NCBI GenBank assembly: GCA_963836185.1
Contig: CAWIIQ010000003.1
Location: 96,001-160,000, forward strand
Length of the DNA: 64,000 nucleotides
From: Candidatus Krumholzibacteriia bacterium
GTDB lineage: Bacteria; Krumholzibacteriota; Krumholzibacteriia; Krumholzibacteriales; Krumholzibacteriaceae
Reading direction: 5' to 3'
The position numbers were made by a program, and so were the translations under genes. Positions 11,680 through 21,534 of the stretch are shown one piece after another (within the stretch, counting starts at the first letter, position 1; each line of letters begins with the position of its first letter). The notes under the pieces are model-generated. The model had not been told where the DNA came from, did not search any database, and saw nothing but the letters and a program-made list of their open reading frames with translations.

Positions 11680-13727
11680 CAGCTCTTCTCTGCCCCGCTT
11701 TCTCTTCCGGGGCGCTGTGCCACGGCGAGTTCCGCTACGAGAAGGAGCGCGGCCGCTATAATCAGCACGTCGGCGATCTCTTTCCCCTCTCTCGCTTCCC
11801 TTACGGCTTTCGATATCCCCGCGTCCGCCCGTGCGGCCGCCCAGCTCTCAAGGCCGAGCGAATCGGCCGCCTCATCGGCTGTCATGTAGTCGAGAGAGGA
11901 CTCCCTGCCGCAGTCGGGGTTGACGGCGACCTGCCATTCTCCCTCCTCGCATCTGACCTCCAGGTACCCCTGCCTCTCTCCGGCGGGGACCGTCAGTCTT
12001 CCCGGTCCTGTCCGGACAGGATCGATATACTCCGTTCCCCCGGGCAGAGCTATCGAGCAGCCGCCGCTTCCCGGCAGCGCCACATCGACAGACGCTCCGA
12101 CAAGAGCGCCCTCCTTTCCCGGCGAAACGGAGAGGGGCGCAAGCGCCATCTGCTGCACAAGAGGGAGAAAGAACGGAGACAGCACGAGATCGCCGCTTTC
12201 TGGAAGCGGCGCGGCCGCGGCAAAGACGATCGCCCCTTCACCGGAGCGCTCGGCCCACACGAAGGGTGCGCCGTCCGAGAAGGAGAGCGCGGCGGTCCCG
12301 GGCGGAAGGCCCGTCACCCCGGCGCTTCTCGCGAACCGCAGGCTGGAGATGCCGTCGAGGTCGGCATCACTGAATATCGAGAGAATGGGGCTCTCTCTTC
12401 CGGGCCGTTCGAGCTCTGCGAAGCCGACCCCTCTTACGTGAGCCTTCACCGTTATGTCATGCGAGCTGAGCCCCTCGGCGAGCCCTTCCATCCCGGGCGA
12501 TATGAAGACCACGACCCTTCCGCCTTCAGCGGCAAACCTCTTCAGCAGCGCTGTGTCTTCCGGGCGTGTCTTTTCGCCGGGGCCTGCGATCACCACATCG
12601 GCTCCGGTGAGATCCGCGGTCGTGTATTCTCTCCAGCCCTTTCCGGTAAGGTCGATGTCGCCGTCCGCTCCGTCGGGGACGAGGGCCTGCTCGAGGAAAA
12701 AGGCGCCTTCTCCCGATATCAGAAGGACCGGCGTCTTTTCCCTTACAAGGAGTGTGAAGAGCCTCGTGTCGTCCGCGGGGAGCATGTCCTCTCGGCAGCT
12801 GACGCGCCCGCGGATCCAGCCCGCCCTCCCGGCATCGAATTCGAATATATGTTCCGCTGCGCCGCCCGGCGGAAGCTCTATCTCCTTCTCCACGATCCGT
12901 CGCCCGTCGAGATCGACACGAAGCGGGAAGCCCGCGGGCCGGTCGGGAGATGTGTTGCGCACGAATACCCTCAGCGCGGCCGCCTCTCCCCTGTGGAGCG
13001 CTGAGCCGGGAAGTATCACCTTTTCAACCGCGACGTTGGGGCCCGACGCGGGAATCACGGGAACGAGGAAGACCCTCATCCTCCCCGGCACCTTCACCTC
13101 TTCTCCGGCCGCAAGACCGGTCCTCTGAAAATCGGAGATGATGAAAAGCTCTCTCGCCGTCCTTCTGCTCGATTCCAGAAGGGATATCCCGTGCCCCGCG
13201 GCTCCTCTCAGCGAGGTCCCTCTCAGCGAGGTCCCCGCGCCGGCAAGGGCGCCTGCCGCAGCGGCCCGTCCCGTCCTCTCCGCGGTGAATATCTCTTCTA
13301 CGCCCTCATCGAAGAGGGCGATCGTCAGCTCGTCATCCTCTTCGAGGCTTCCGGCTATATCGAGGGCCGCGGCGGCGGCAGCGTCGAACGCGGTCCCCGC
13401 GCTCCCCCGCACCCCCATGCTGTAGCTGCGGTCGATCATCACCACGACCGACTTCGGCTCCTTACCTGGAAAGAGGGACGCGGTCCTGCCGGTGATCACC
13501 GGCCTCGCGAATGCCAGGGCGATAAGCGCGATCGCCGCTGTCCGGAGCGCGAGAAGGATAAGCCTTCGGAGGTTTATCCTTCTCATGCTCTTGCGGTCCG
13601 ATCTCTCGAGAAAGCGAAGCGAACTGAACGGGACCTCGCGCGTCCGGCGCCGGCTGAGCAGATGTATCAGCAGAGGGACCGCCGAAGCGGCCAGAGCGAA
13701 GAGAAATGCGGGGTTGAGAAAATTCAT
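11679..13727 (-). CDS. BatA N-terminal double-TM + VWA + CARDB-like membrane protein
   Basis: MNFLNP...PLLIHL...F(S)SLRFL...LALAFARP; MIDAS DRSYS; C-terminal AVN...ES and TM helix. Confidence 0.85.
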   Translation of the reverse strand: MNFLNPAFLFALAASAVPLLIHLLSRRRTREVPFSSLRFLERSDRKSMRRINLRRLILLALRTAAIALIALAFARPVITGRTASLFPGKEPKSVVVMIDRSYSMGVRGSAGTAFDAAAAAALDIAGSLEEDDELTIALFDEGVEEIFTAERTGRAAAAGALAGAGTSLRGTSLRGAAGHGISLLESSRRTARELFIISDFQRTGLAAGEEVKVPGRMRVFLVPVIPASGPNVAVEKVILPGSALHRGEAAALRVFVRNTSPDRPAGFPLRVDLDGRRIVEKEIELPPGGAAEHIFEFDAGRAGWIRGRVSCREDMLPADDTRLFTLLVREKTPVLLISGEGAFFLEQALVPDGADGDIDLTGKGWREYTTADLTGADVVIAGPGEKTRPEDTALLKRFAAEGGRVVVFISPGMEGLAEGLSSHDITVKAHVRGVGFAELERPGRESPILSIFSDADLDGISSLRFARSAGVTGLPPGTAALSFSDGAPFVWAERSGEGAIVFAAAAPLPESGDLVLSPFFLPLVQQMALAPLSVSPGKEGALVGASVDVALPGSGGCSIALPGGTEYIDPVRTGPGRLTVPAGERQGYLEVRCEEGEWQVAVNPDCGRESSLDYMTADEAADSLGLESWAAARADAGISKAVREAREGKEIADVLIIAAALLLVAELAVAQRPGRESGAEKS

Positions 13728-13732
13728 GCCGG

Positions 13733-14638
13733 TCAGCCCATCCTGCTTCTCTTGCCGAGATAACTCACGAGCGCCTCGTCGAACGGCGTCGCCGTAGTGA
13801 CGAGATTATAATCTATCGCGTTTTCCACGCACCTCTTCTCGAGGTACGAGGTCCAGTCGCCGACGCTGCGCCGGTATTCTTTCCTGACGAACCACGGCTG
13901 TGCCCGCAGCTTCTCACCCGTCTCCCTGTCGACGAACGTCACCTCTCCCCCGTAATCGAGAGAAAGCTCGAGAGGGTCGAGCAGGTGGAAGACGACGAGC
14001 TCGTGGCCCCTGTGCCTGAAATGCTTGAGCCCGCTTATCACTTCCTCCGGATCGTCGATCAGGTCGCTGACCAGCACGACCAGTCCGCGCCTGTGTATCC
14101 GTTCCGCCATGTCGTGAAGGGCCCTGCTGATCCCGGTCATCCCTCCCGGCGTGACATTCTCGAGCGCCTGAAGCAGGCGGAAGAGGTGCCTCCTGGCCGA
14201 CCTGTGCGGGACGATCTCACCGAGCCTGTCGTCGAAGAGGGCGAGTCCTGCAGCATCGCGCTGCTTTATCATAAGGTAGGAGAGCGCCGCGCAGAGCATG
14301 GCTCCGTACCGGAGCTTCGTCACTCCTCCTCCCGAGAAATCCATCGAGGCGCTCCGGTCGAGCAGCAGGGTCCCGCGCAGATTCGTCTCGTCTTCGAATA
14401 CCTTGAGATAGTAGCGGTCCGTCTTGGCGTAGATCTTCCAGTCGATATTCTTCGTCGACTCGCCCGCGTTGTACTGCCTGTACTCGGCGAACTCGACGGA
14501 GAATCCGTGATATGGCGACCTGTGGAGGCCCGCTATGAATCCTTCGACGATCAGTCTCGCGCGAATCTCCATGTTCGCCAGGCGGCTGACAGTCTCCGGG
14601 CGCAGGAACTCCCCCGCGTTGTCTTTTTCCGGGGACAT
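13733..14638 (-). CDS. DUF58 (VWA-like) MoxR partner protein
   Basis: GLHRSPYHGFSVEFAEYRQY, IDWK, LLDRSASM, VLVSD. Confidence 0.92.
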   Translation of the reverse strand: MSPEKDNAGEFLRPETVSRLANMEIRARLIVEGFIAGLHRSPYHGFSVEFAEYRQYNAGESTKNIDWKIYAKTDRYYLKVFEDETNLRGTLLLDRSASMDFSGGGVTKLRYGAMLCAALSYLMIKQRDAAGLALFDDRLGEIVPHRSARRHLFRLLQALENVTPGGMTGISRALHDMAERIHRRGLVVLVSDLIDDPEEVISGLKHFRHRGHELVVFHLLDPLELSLDYGGEVTFVDRETGEKLRAQPWFVRKEYRRSVGDWTSYLEKRCVENAIDYNLVTTATPFDEALVSYLGKRSRMG

Positions 14639-14660
14639 AGATGTCTTTCCCCGCGCCGGG

Positions 14661-15645
14661 TCACGGCGCGACGGTATCGAGCAGTCTCCTCACCAGTTCG
14701 TCAGTAGTGACGCCGTCCGCTTCGGCGTGGAAGTTCGTCACGAGCCGGTGCCTCAGGACGGGGTACGCGACTGCCCGCACATCCTCGATGTCGGGCGTCG
14801 TCCTGGACTGCATCACAGCTCTCGCCTTGGCGCCGAGGACGAGGTACTGACCCGCTCTCGGGCCGGCTCCCCACGACAGGTACTCGCCGACACCTTCGAT
14901 GGCGCCTTCGCGGCTCGCCCTCGCCAGCCGCACCGCGTAGGCAAGGACATTCTCCGAGACGGGCACCTTCCTGACCAGGGACTGTATCTCCACTATCTCT
15001 TCTCCCGAGAGGACCTGGCTCGACGGCGGCTCTTTCGACCGACGTCGTCGTATCGACGATCCTCAGCTCCTCGCTCTCCTCGGGATAATCTACAAGGATG
15101 TTGAACATGAACCTGTCGAGCTGCGCTTCGGGCAGAGGATAAGTTCCCTCGAGCTCGATAGGGTTCTGTGTCGCCAGCACGAAGAACGGCGCCTCGAGCG
15201 GATGGGTCTCTCCGCCGACGGTGACGTTCCTCTCCTGCATCGCCTGGAGCAGGGCCGCCTGCGTCTTCGGCGGCGTCCTGTTTATCTCGTCCGCCAGGAC
15301 CACGTTCGCGAACACGGGCCCCTTGATGAACCGGAAGACCCGCCTGCTCGAGCCCGCTTCCTCCTCGAGCACCTCTGTTCCCATGATGTCGCTGGGCATC
15401 AGGTCGGGAGTAAACTGTATCCTCGAGAATTTCAGCCCGAGACAGGAAGCGACCGTCGATATCATCAACGTCTTCGCCAGTCCGGGCACTCCCACGAGAA
15501 GGCAGTGGCCCCCGGCAAAGAGTGCCGAGAAGAGCTCGTCGAGAACCCGCTCCTGACCGACTATCACCTTCGCCGTTTCCGCGCGAAGATCCGAATACGC
15601 TTCCCCGAACTTTTCGAGCAGCCGCCCGTCATCGATGTTGCTCAT
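14661..15645 (-). CDS. moxR: MoxR family AAA+ ATPase (frame break near 15020)
   Basis: [64 protein letters not shown]. Confidence 0.93.
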
Positions 15646-15652
15646 ACGCTGA

Positions 15653-17533
15653 TCAATCCCCGTCCTTGAGGTGTCTGTCGAGGAAGAGTCTAATCGCCCT
15701 GTATCCCTCGATCTGGTTTTCCTTTTTCATAAATCCGTGGCCCTCGTCCTCGAAGACCAGATACTCTACCTCGACGCCGTTCTTCTTGGCCGCCTCGACT
15801 ATCTCGTCCGACTCTACCTTCAGGACCCTCGGATCGTTCGCGCCCTGCAGTACCATCAGCGGCCTTACGATTTTGTCCGCGTGGAAGAGAGGGGAGATCT
15901 TGACCAGGTACTCGCGGTCCCTCGCCGGATCGCCCATCTCCCGGTAAAGCGCCTTCCGGTAATACTCCCACCATGACGGTATGCTCTCGAGCGTGCGCAC
16001 CCAGTTCGAGATTCCGAAAATGTCGACACCCGCGGCGAACTCCTCGGGCGCGAATGTCAGGGCCGCCAGGGTGATATATCCGCCGTAGCTTCCGCCGGCG
16101 ATGGCGATCTTTTCGGGGTCGACTGATCCGCCTGCCGCCAGCCATTTCTTTCCCTCTATGCAGTCTCGCAGATCGTCTTCGCCGTGCCTCATATCGTCGA
16201 GGCTGTAGAATCTCTTTCCGTACCCCCGGCTGCCCCTGTTGTTGACCGCCAGCACGGCGTACCCGTTATTGACAAGGTACTGGAGGAAAGAACTGTAGCC
16301 GACGCGCGACTGCCCTCCCGGCCCTCCGTGCACCCAGACCACTCCCGGGACCTTCCTGCCGCTGCCGTCCTTGTGCGGTCTGTAGTAGATCGCCGGTATC
16401 TCGAGGCCGTCGAAAGACTCGAACCTGACGACCTCCGCATCGACGAGGTCCTCCGGGTCGATCTCCGGGTTGAGCGTATCTGTCAGCCTGCTGTAACTGC
16501 CGCTGCCGAAATCGTAGATGTACAGGTTGTTTGGCGAACGTGATCCGTTGACGTAGAACCTCATCAGCTTCTCGCTTCTCGAGATCTCTACGGCAGTGAT
16601 CACTCCCCCGGGGAGCTCGGGAAGGTCGACCGGAGAGCCCGTCTCCATGTCAAAGACCCTGATCTCCGTCCTCGCGTCGTTGTTGATCGCGGTTACCCTG
16701 TACCGCCCCGAATGGGAGAAGTACGCGTAGCTGATATCCCAGTCGGCAGTCTCGACCGTCTCGCTTCCACCGCCGGCGATGTCGTACCTGCGCAGGTATG
16801 TGAACTCGGCGCCCTCGTCGGTGAGGTAGTAGAGATAGCGTGAGTCGCTGCTGAAATCCATCGGCGAGAAATTGACATCTCCATCGTGCGGAGTGATGTG
16901 CCTGACCTCTCCCGCCTTGCGGTCGTAGAGGAACATGTCGGAATCGTGAGTCGTGTTCGTCTTCGACATCGCCAGGTATCTCATGTCGTTCGACATCCAC
17001 CCGAAGCTGTAACCGGCATCATTGAGATAGATCATCTTCGACCTCATCTCCCTGATGTCCATCAGGTAGACGTCCATGAATTTCGAGTCCCGCCTGTTGG
17101 AACCGAAGAGGAACGCTGTCATGTCATGCGTCCATCCGTAGAACACGGCGCGCGCGTCGGTGTACGGCGTCAGGTCGGTGACTGTCCCGTCAGTATCGTA
17201 GAGGAAGATATGATAGAGTTCGTTCCCCTCGTGGTCAGCCAGACAGAGGAACCTGTCGTCCCCGGGAAAATACGAGAGGGCGAAGACGGAGTTGTCTTCC
17301 GAGAAGGTAAGCTGGTCCATCTCCCCGCCCGCCACGGGGATCGACCAGGCGTTTCTTATCCCGGTCCTGTCGGTAGTAGTGAGCAGTTTTGTCTCGTCAT
17401 GTGAAAATGATCCGCCCGAGACTGTGAGCGTGTTCATGAACTGTTCGATGGTATATCGCTTCGGCCCTTCCCCGGAACACCCGGAGAGAGCCTGCAGTGC
17501 GACCAGAAAGATAACAAGGGCGGTGCGTCTCAT
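15653..17533 (-). CDS. S9 family (prolyl oligopeptidase/acylaminoacyl) peptidase, lipoprotein
   Basis: Lipobox LSGC; HGGP, GGSYGG nucleophile, [13 protein letters not shown]. Confidence 0.92.
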   Translation of the reverse strand: MRRTALVIFLVALQALSGCSGEGPKRYTIEQFMNTLTVSGGSFSHDETKLLTTTDRTGIRNAWSIPVAGGEMDQLTFSEDNSVFALSYFPGDDRFLCLADHEGNELYHIFLYDTDGTVTDLTPYTDARAVFYGWTHDMTAFLFGSNRRDSKFMDVYLMDIREMRSKMIYLNDAGYSFGWMSNDMRYLAMSKTNTTHDSDMFLYDRKAGEVRHITPHDGDVNFSPMDFSSDSRYLYYLTDEGAEFTYLRRYDIAGGGSETVETADWDISYAYFSHSGRYRVTAINNDARTEIRVFDMETGSPVDLPELPGGVITAVEISRSEKLMRFYVNGSRSPNNLYIYDFGSGSYSRLTDTLNPEIDPEDLVDAEVVRFESFDGLEIPAIYYRPHKDGSGRKVPGVVWVHGGPGGQSRVGYSSFLQYLVNNGYAVLAVNNRGSRGYGKRFYSLDDMRHGEDDLRDCIEGKKWLAAGGSVDPEKIAIAGGSYGGYITLAALTFAPEEFAAGVDIFGISNWVRTLESIPSWWEYYRKALYREMGDPARDREYLVKISPLFHADKIVRPLMVLQGANDPRVLKVESDEIVEAAKKNGVEVEYLVFEDEGHGFMKKENQIEGYRAIRLFLDRHLKDGD

Positions 17534-17886
17534 CTTCCCTCCTTCAGACGGCCTTGGCCGCCGACAATGAATGGCTCCGCCCGGACGGTGCCAGATCGAG
17601 TGAACATTATCCATCTATGGTCAGTATTACTTTATACGGTAAAAACGATATAGGTTCCATTGTTTTTCAGCCTTTGCGGGCTCCAGCCCGTCATCCGGCA
17701 GGAGAAGACGAGGCTCTCGCAGAACCCTTGCTGTCACAATGGCAGTTGCGCCCCTGTCAGCAGGTCTATTCTGGCAGGCTTCTGTCATGTCCGGGGTTTG
17801 AAATCGATTCTGCGCGTATCGAAAAGCCGGGTGTGCGCTTTGATAACTTCTTGTCATAATACATGTTATGTGGTGGCAGGCAGTTC

Positions 17887-17901
17887 TGGCATACAAGATG
17901 C
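17887..17901 (+). promoter_or_regulatory. Putative sigma54 (-24/-12) promoter of hsp20
   Basis: TGGCATACAAGATGC = GG-N10-GC, 64 nt upstream of the hsp20 ATG. Confidence 0.55.
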
Positions 17902-17964
17902 GTATCAGGTAAGCAGAAAATGGACACGGACATCAGATCCGGACACAAAACAGGAGGTATCGAA

Positions 17965-18411
17965 ATGAGACTGGTAAGATGGAATCCCGGGACAAGACTC
18001 CCCATGCATCACGATCACGCCGAGAGGATGTTCGACGATTTCTTCGGGCTGAACCGGCGCAAGATGGATCTCCAGAATTTCGACTGGACCCCGAGGGTCA
18101 ACGTCGAGGAGAAGGAGGGCGGGTTCGAGATAACCGCGGAAGTCCCCGGCATGAAGAAGGAAGAGATCGATATCGAGGTCCAGGACAACGTCCTGACGAT
18201 CAAGGGCGAGAGAAAATTCGAAAAGGAAGAAACGGACAGGAACTATCACATCTGTGAGAGAAGCTACGGCACCTTCCAGAGAGCTTTCACCCTCCCCGAG
18301 AATGTGAAGACCGATGATATCGAGGCGGAGTACAAGGACGGTGTGCTGAGGCTTGTCCTTCCAAAGGTCGAGCCGCAGAAGCCGAAAGAGATCAAGGTCG
18401 AAGTAAAGTAA
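17965..18411 (+). CDS. Small heat shock protein Hsp20/alpha-crystallin
   Basis: PRVNV, AEVPG, LTIKGER, ERSYGTFQRAFTLP, DGVL, IxV tail; RBS AGGAGG. Confidence 0.95.
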   Translation: MRLVRWNPGTRLPMHHDHAERMFDDFFGLNRRKMDLQNFDWTPRVNVEEKEGGFEITAEVPGMKKEEIDIEVQDNVLTIKGERKFEKEETDRNYHICERSYGTFQRAFTLPENVKTDDIEAEYKDGVLRLVLPKVEPQKPKEIKVEVK

Positions 18412-18434
18412 ACGCGGGCCACTCCCAGAGACGT

Positions 18435-18465
18435 AAAAGGGGGCGCACAAAGCGCCCCCTTTTTT
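18435..18465. terminator. Bidirectional intrinsic terminator
   Basis: AAAA-GGGGGCGC-ACAAA-GCGCCCCC-TTTTTT between convergent hsp20 and bactofilin. Confidence 0.85.
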
Positions 18466-18548
18466 GATATATATTCCCGCATCGCCGGGCGGATCGTACT
18501 CTGCCCGCTTTCAGAACGGAACGGTTTCCTTTTCCCGCGCCTCTTACC

Positions 18549-18989
18549 CTACTTGTTCCAGGCGCCTGTCTTTTCCTTCTCTTCCTTCTTGACCTCGGGC
18601 TGAGCGGGCGTGGAAGCCATGGGCTTTCCATCCGGACTCATCTTGCACGAACCCTCGAAGAACACACCCTCGTCGATGACGAGCCTTCTCGTCTTGATGT
18701 CTCCCTCGAGGCGCGATCCGGCCTGAAGCTCGATCTTCTCTTTGGCGTCGATGTTGCCATTGACCGTTCCGCCTACTACCGCGTTCGAGACCTTGATATC
18801 GGCCTTGACTTTTCCGCCCTTGCCGATCACCAGAGTGCCGCCGGGGCAGTTGACGTTCCCCTCAAAATCACCATCGATCCTGAGGGTCCCGTCCTCGACG
18901 TCTATCGTCCCGTTTACCTTGCATCCCTTGCCGATAATCGAATTCATCTTTCCTTCGTCAGCCATGCGTTCACCTTCTTTCCCGAACAT
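18549..18989 (-). CDS. Bactofilin (polymer-forming cytoskeletal protein)
   Basis: SIIGKG...LRIDG...G.V.GNI...LEGDI...LVIDEGVFFEGSCKM beta-helix pattern. Confidence 0.92.
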   Translation of the reverse strand: MFGKEGERMADEGKMNSIIGKGCKVNGTIDVEDGTLRIDGDFEGNVNCPGGTLVIGKGGKVKADIKVSNAVVGGTVNGNIDAKEKIELQAGSRLEGDIKTRRLVIDEGVFFEGSCKMSPDGKPMASTPAQPEVKKEEKEKTGAWNK

Positions 18990-19031
18990 TGCGGGCCCCT
19001 TCTTCGTTGTCTTTTTCATCGCAATCCGTTC

Positions 19032-19811
19032 CTATTTCAACAGGTATTTCAACGGATCTACATTAACGTTGTCCTGTATCACCTCGAAGTGCAGGTGAGG
19101 CGCCGTGCTTCTCCCGGTATTGCCGGAATATGCGATCGTCTGCCCCCTGCCGACTCTCTCGCCCCTCATTACTACCAGTCTGTCGTTGTGCCCGTAAAGG
19201 GTTTTTATGCCATAGCCGTGATCGATCCGCACGTAATACCCGTACGTATCATCCCAGGATGCCTCGGCGATATACCCCGAAGCGGCCGACCGCACCGGTG
19301 TTCCCCTGTCTACGCCTATATCGATGCCGGGGTGGTAATCCGCGTCGCCCGGGCCTCCCGCAACGTTATACGACCTGGTTATATATCCGCGAACAGGCCA
19401 GAAGCTGGGAATCGATCGCAGCATCTGCTCCTTTCCGCTCAGCACCTCCCTCTCTGTCAGCCCGTCTGTTTCCTGTGCCCTTTTCAGGGCAAGGCTGTCC
19501 TCTTCAGCGATGTCGACGCCGAGCATCCCCCTGACCTTAAGGTCCATCGCGTGGAGCTCTGAAAGGTTGCGCATCACCTCGCTGATCTGCTCGTTTCTCT
19601 TCGTCAGCTCTTCGACCTGTCCGGCCAGCATGACCGATTCCCTCGCTTTCAGCAGGAGCCTGCCGTATGTGGCGACGAAGAGGACCATCGCCACGAGCCC
19701 GATGCACACGAAGGTGACCAGCACGTAGAAAAGCCTGTAAGGGATCTTGTAGTTCCGCGTCTTCTGCGGATCGTGCGGAACGACGATGACTGTAAAGGTG
19801 TCCTTCTCCAT
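19032..19811 (-). CDS. M23 family metallopeptidase with N-terminal TM
   Basis: HPGID, YGH, GNTGRSTAPHLHFE, VDP. Confidence 0.92.
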   Translation of the reverse strand: MEKDTFTVIVVPHDPQKTRNYKIPYRLFYVLVTFVCIGLVAMVLFVATYGRLLLKARESVMLAGQVEELTKRNEQISEVMRNLSELHAMDLKVRGMLGVDIAEEDSLALKRAQETDGLTEREVLSGKEQMLRSIPSFWPVRGYITRSYNVAGGPGDADYHPGIDIGVDRGTPVRSAASGYIAEASWDDTYGYYVRIDHGYGIKTLYGHNDRLVVMRGERVGRGQTIAYSGNTGRSTAPHLHFEVIQDNVNVDPLKYLLK

Positions 19812-19827
19812 TCCCGTCGACGGAGCC

Positions 19828-20679
19828 TTACATCTCCGTATCCACCCCCATCTTCTCCAGTATCCCTTCCAGCTCTTCGGTCGAATAGTAATCTATCGTT
19901 ATCACGCCGCCCTTGCGCCTCGGCGTGATCCTGACCCTTGTCCCGAATCTCAGCTCAGCCCTCTCCTCGACGGCCGCAAGCTGAGGATCTGCCTGCCTGC
20001 GCTTTTTCTTCTTCGCCTTCTTCGCAGGCGCGGCCTCCTCGATCTCCCGTACGGTGAATCCCTGCGACACGGCCCTCTCCGCCCACTCGACCTGTGCTGC
20101 CTCGCCCTCGACCGAGAGTATCGCCCTCGCGTGCCCAGCGGTCAGCTTTCCCTGTTCTAGAAGCTCTATCACCCGCGCCGGAAGATTCAGAAGCCTGAGG
20201 GTATTGGCTACCGTGCTCCTGTCCTTGCCCAGCATCCCGGCGACTTCCTTAACGGTGAGTTCGAACTCATCCCTCAACGCGGCGTATCCCCTCGCCTCCT
20301 CGACGGGCGTAAGGTCCTCGCGCTGGAGATTCTCCAGGAGTGCGAATTTCAGTGAATCGTCATCGTCGATATCACGGACTATGGCGGGTATCGTCGTCCT
20401 GCCGGCGAGTCTCGAAGCGCGGAACCTTCTCTCTCCGACAACGAGCTGATACCTGTCCCCTGCCCTCCGGACGACGACCGGCTGCAGCACCCCGTGTCTC
20501 TTTATCGATTCGGCGAGCTCTCCGAGATGCTCGTCGCTGAAATGTTCCCTCGGCTGGTGGGGATTGGCGTCGATGTCGCCGAGGTCGAGCTCCTTGATCC
20601 TCTCGGTCTCCGAGACGCTCTCCTTCAGGTCGGCGGAAAGAAGGGCCTCCAGCCCCCTGCCCAGGGCTTCCTTCTTCAT
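19828..20679 (-). CDS. parB: Chromosome partitioning protein ParB
   Basis: LGRGL, NPHQPR, GVLQP, GERRFRA, ENLQREDL, HTH RSTVANTLRLL, GHARA. Confidence 0.96.
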   Translation of the reverse strand: MKKEALGRGLEALLSADLKESVSETERIKELDLGDIDANPHQPREHFSDEHLGELAESIKRHGVLQPVVVRRAGDRYQLVVGERRFRASRLAGRTTIPAIVRDIDDDDSLKFALLENLQREDLTPVEEARGYAALRDEFELTVKEVAGMLGKDRSTVANTLRLLNLPARVIELLEQGKLTAGHARAILSVEGEAAQVEWAERAVSQGFTVREIEEAAPAKKAKKKKRRQADPQLAAVEERAELRFGTRVRITPRRKGGVITIDYYSTEELEGILEKMGVDTEM

Positions 20680-20680
20680 A

Positions 20681-21509
20681 TCAGATCCCTCCCCCCGCTA
20701 TTGCTTCCTTTCGCGGACGGCCGCGCCGGGAACGTTTCTCCTCGTGATGCGTATCCTGCTTTTCTATTACTTCGAGAGCGAGCTTCAGATAGCTCTTCGC
20801 CCCCTTGCTCTGAACATCGTAGAGGATCACCGGCTTGCCGAAACTGGGACATTCGCTCAGCCGGACGTTCCTCGGTATTATGTTGTCATATACCTTTTCA
20901 CCGAAGTACGAGATCGCCTCGTCCGCGACCTGGCTCGCCAGCCTCAGGCGCTTGTCGAACATCGTCAGCAGAACACCCTCGATCCGCAGGTCGGGATTTA
21001 GGTGCTTCTGCACCATCCTTATCGTCCCGAGCAAGCTGGCTGAGCCCCTCGAGCGCATAGTATTCACATTGTATCGGTATGAGGATCGAGTCCGCGGCGG
21101 TCAGGGTGTTCAGCGTGATCAGCCCGAGACTTGGCGGACAGTCGATGATGATGAAATCGTAGTCGTCGGTCAGGCCGGAGAGAGCCGTCTTTAGCTTGTG
21201 CTCTCTCGCTATCTGCGAGACCAGCTCGATCTCCGCGCCGCTCAGTTTCGGATGGGAGGGAAGGAGGTCTATCAGACCGGCGCTCCTTATTATATCTTTC
21301 GCCTTCGCCTCACCGATAAGGACCTCGTAGATCGTGTCCTCTTCCCCGGGAAGCCTCACCCCGAGCCCGCTGCTCGCGTTGGCCTGGGGGTCGGCGTCGA
21401 CAAGAAGGACCTTCTTTTCGGCCACGCCGAGGCTCGCGCTGAGATTGACCGCCGTCGTCGTCTTTCCGACGCCGCCCTTCTGGTTGGCAATCGCTATGAC
21501 CTTTCCCAT
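20681..21509 (-). CDS. parA: Chromosome partitioning ATPase ParA/Soj (frame break near 21033)
   Basis: [33 protein letters not shown]; [14 protein letters not shown] in second frame. Confidence 0.93.
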
Positions 21510-21534
21510 TCCTCCGCCCTTCTTTTCCTGTCCG

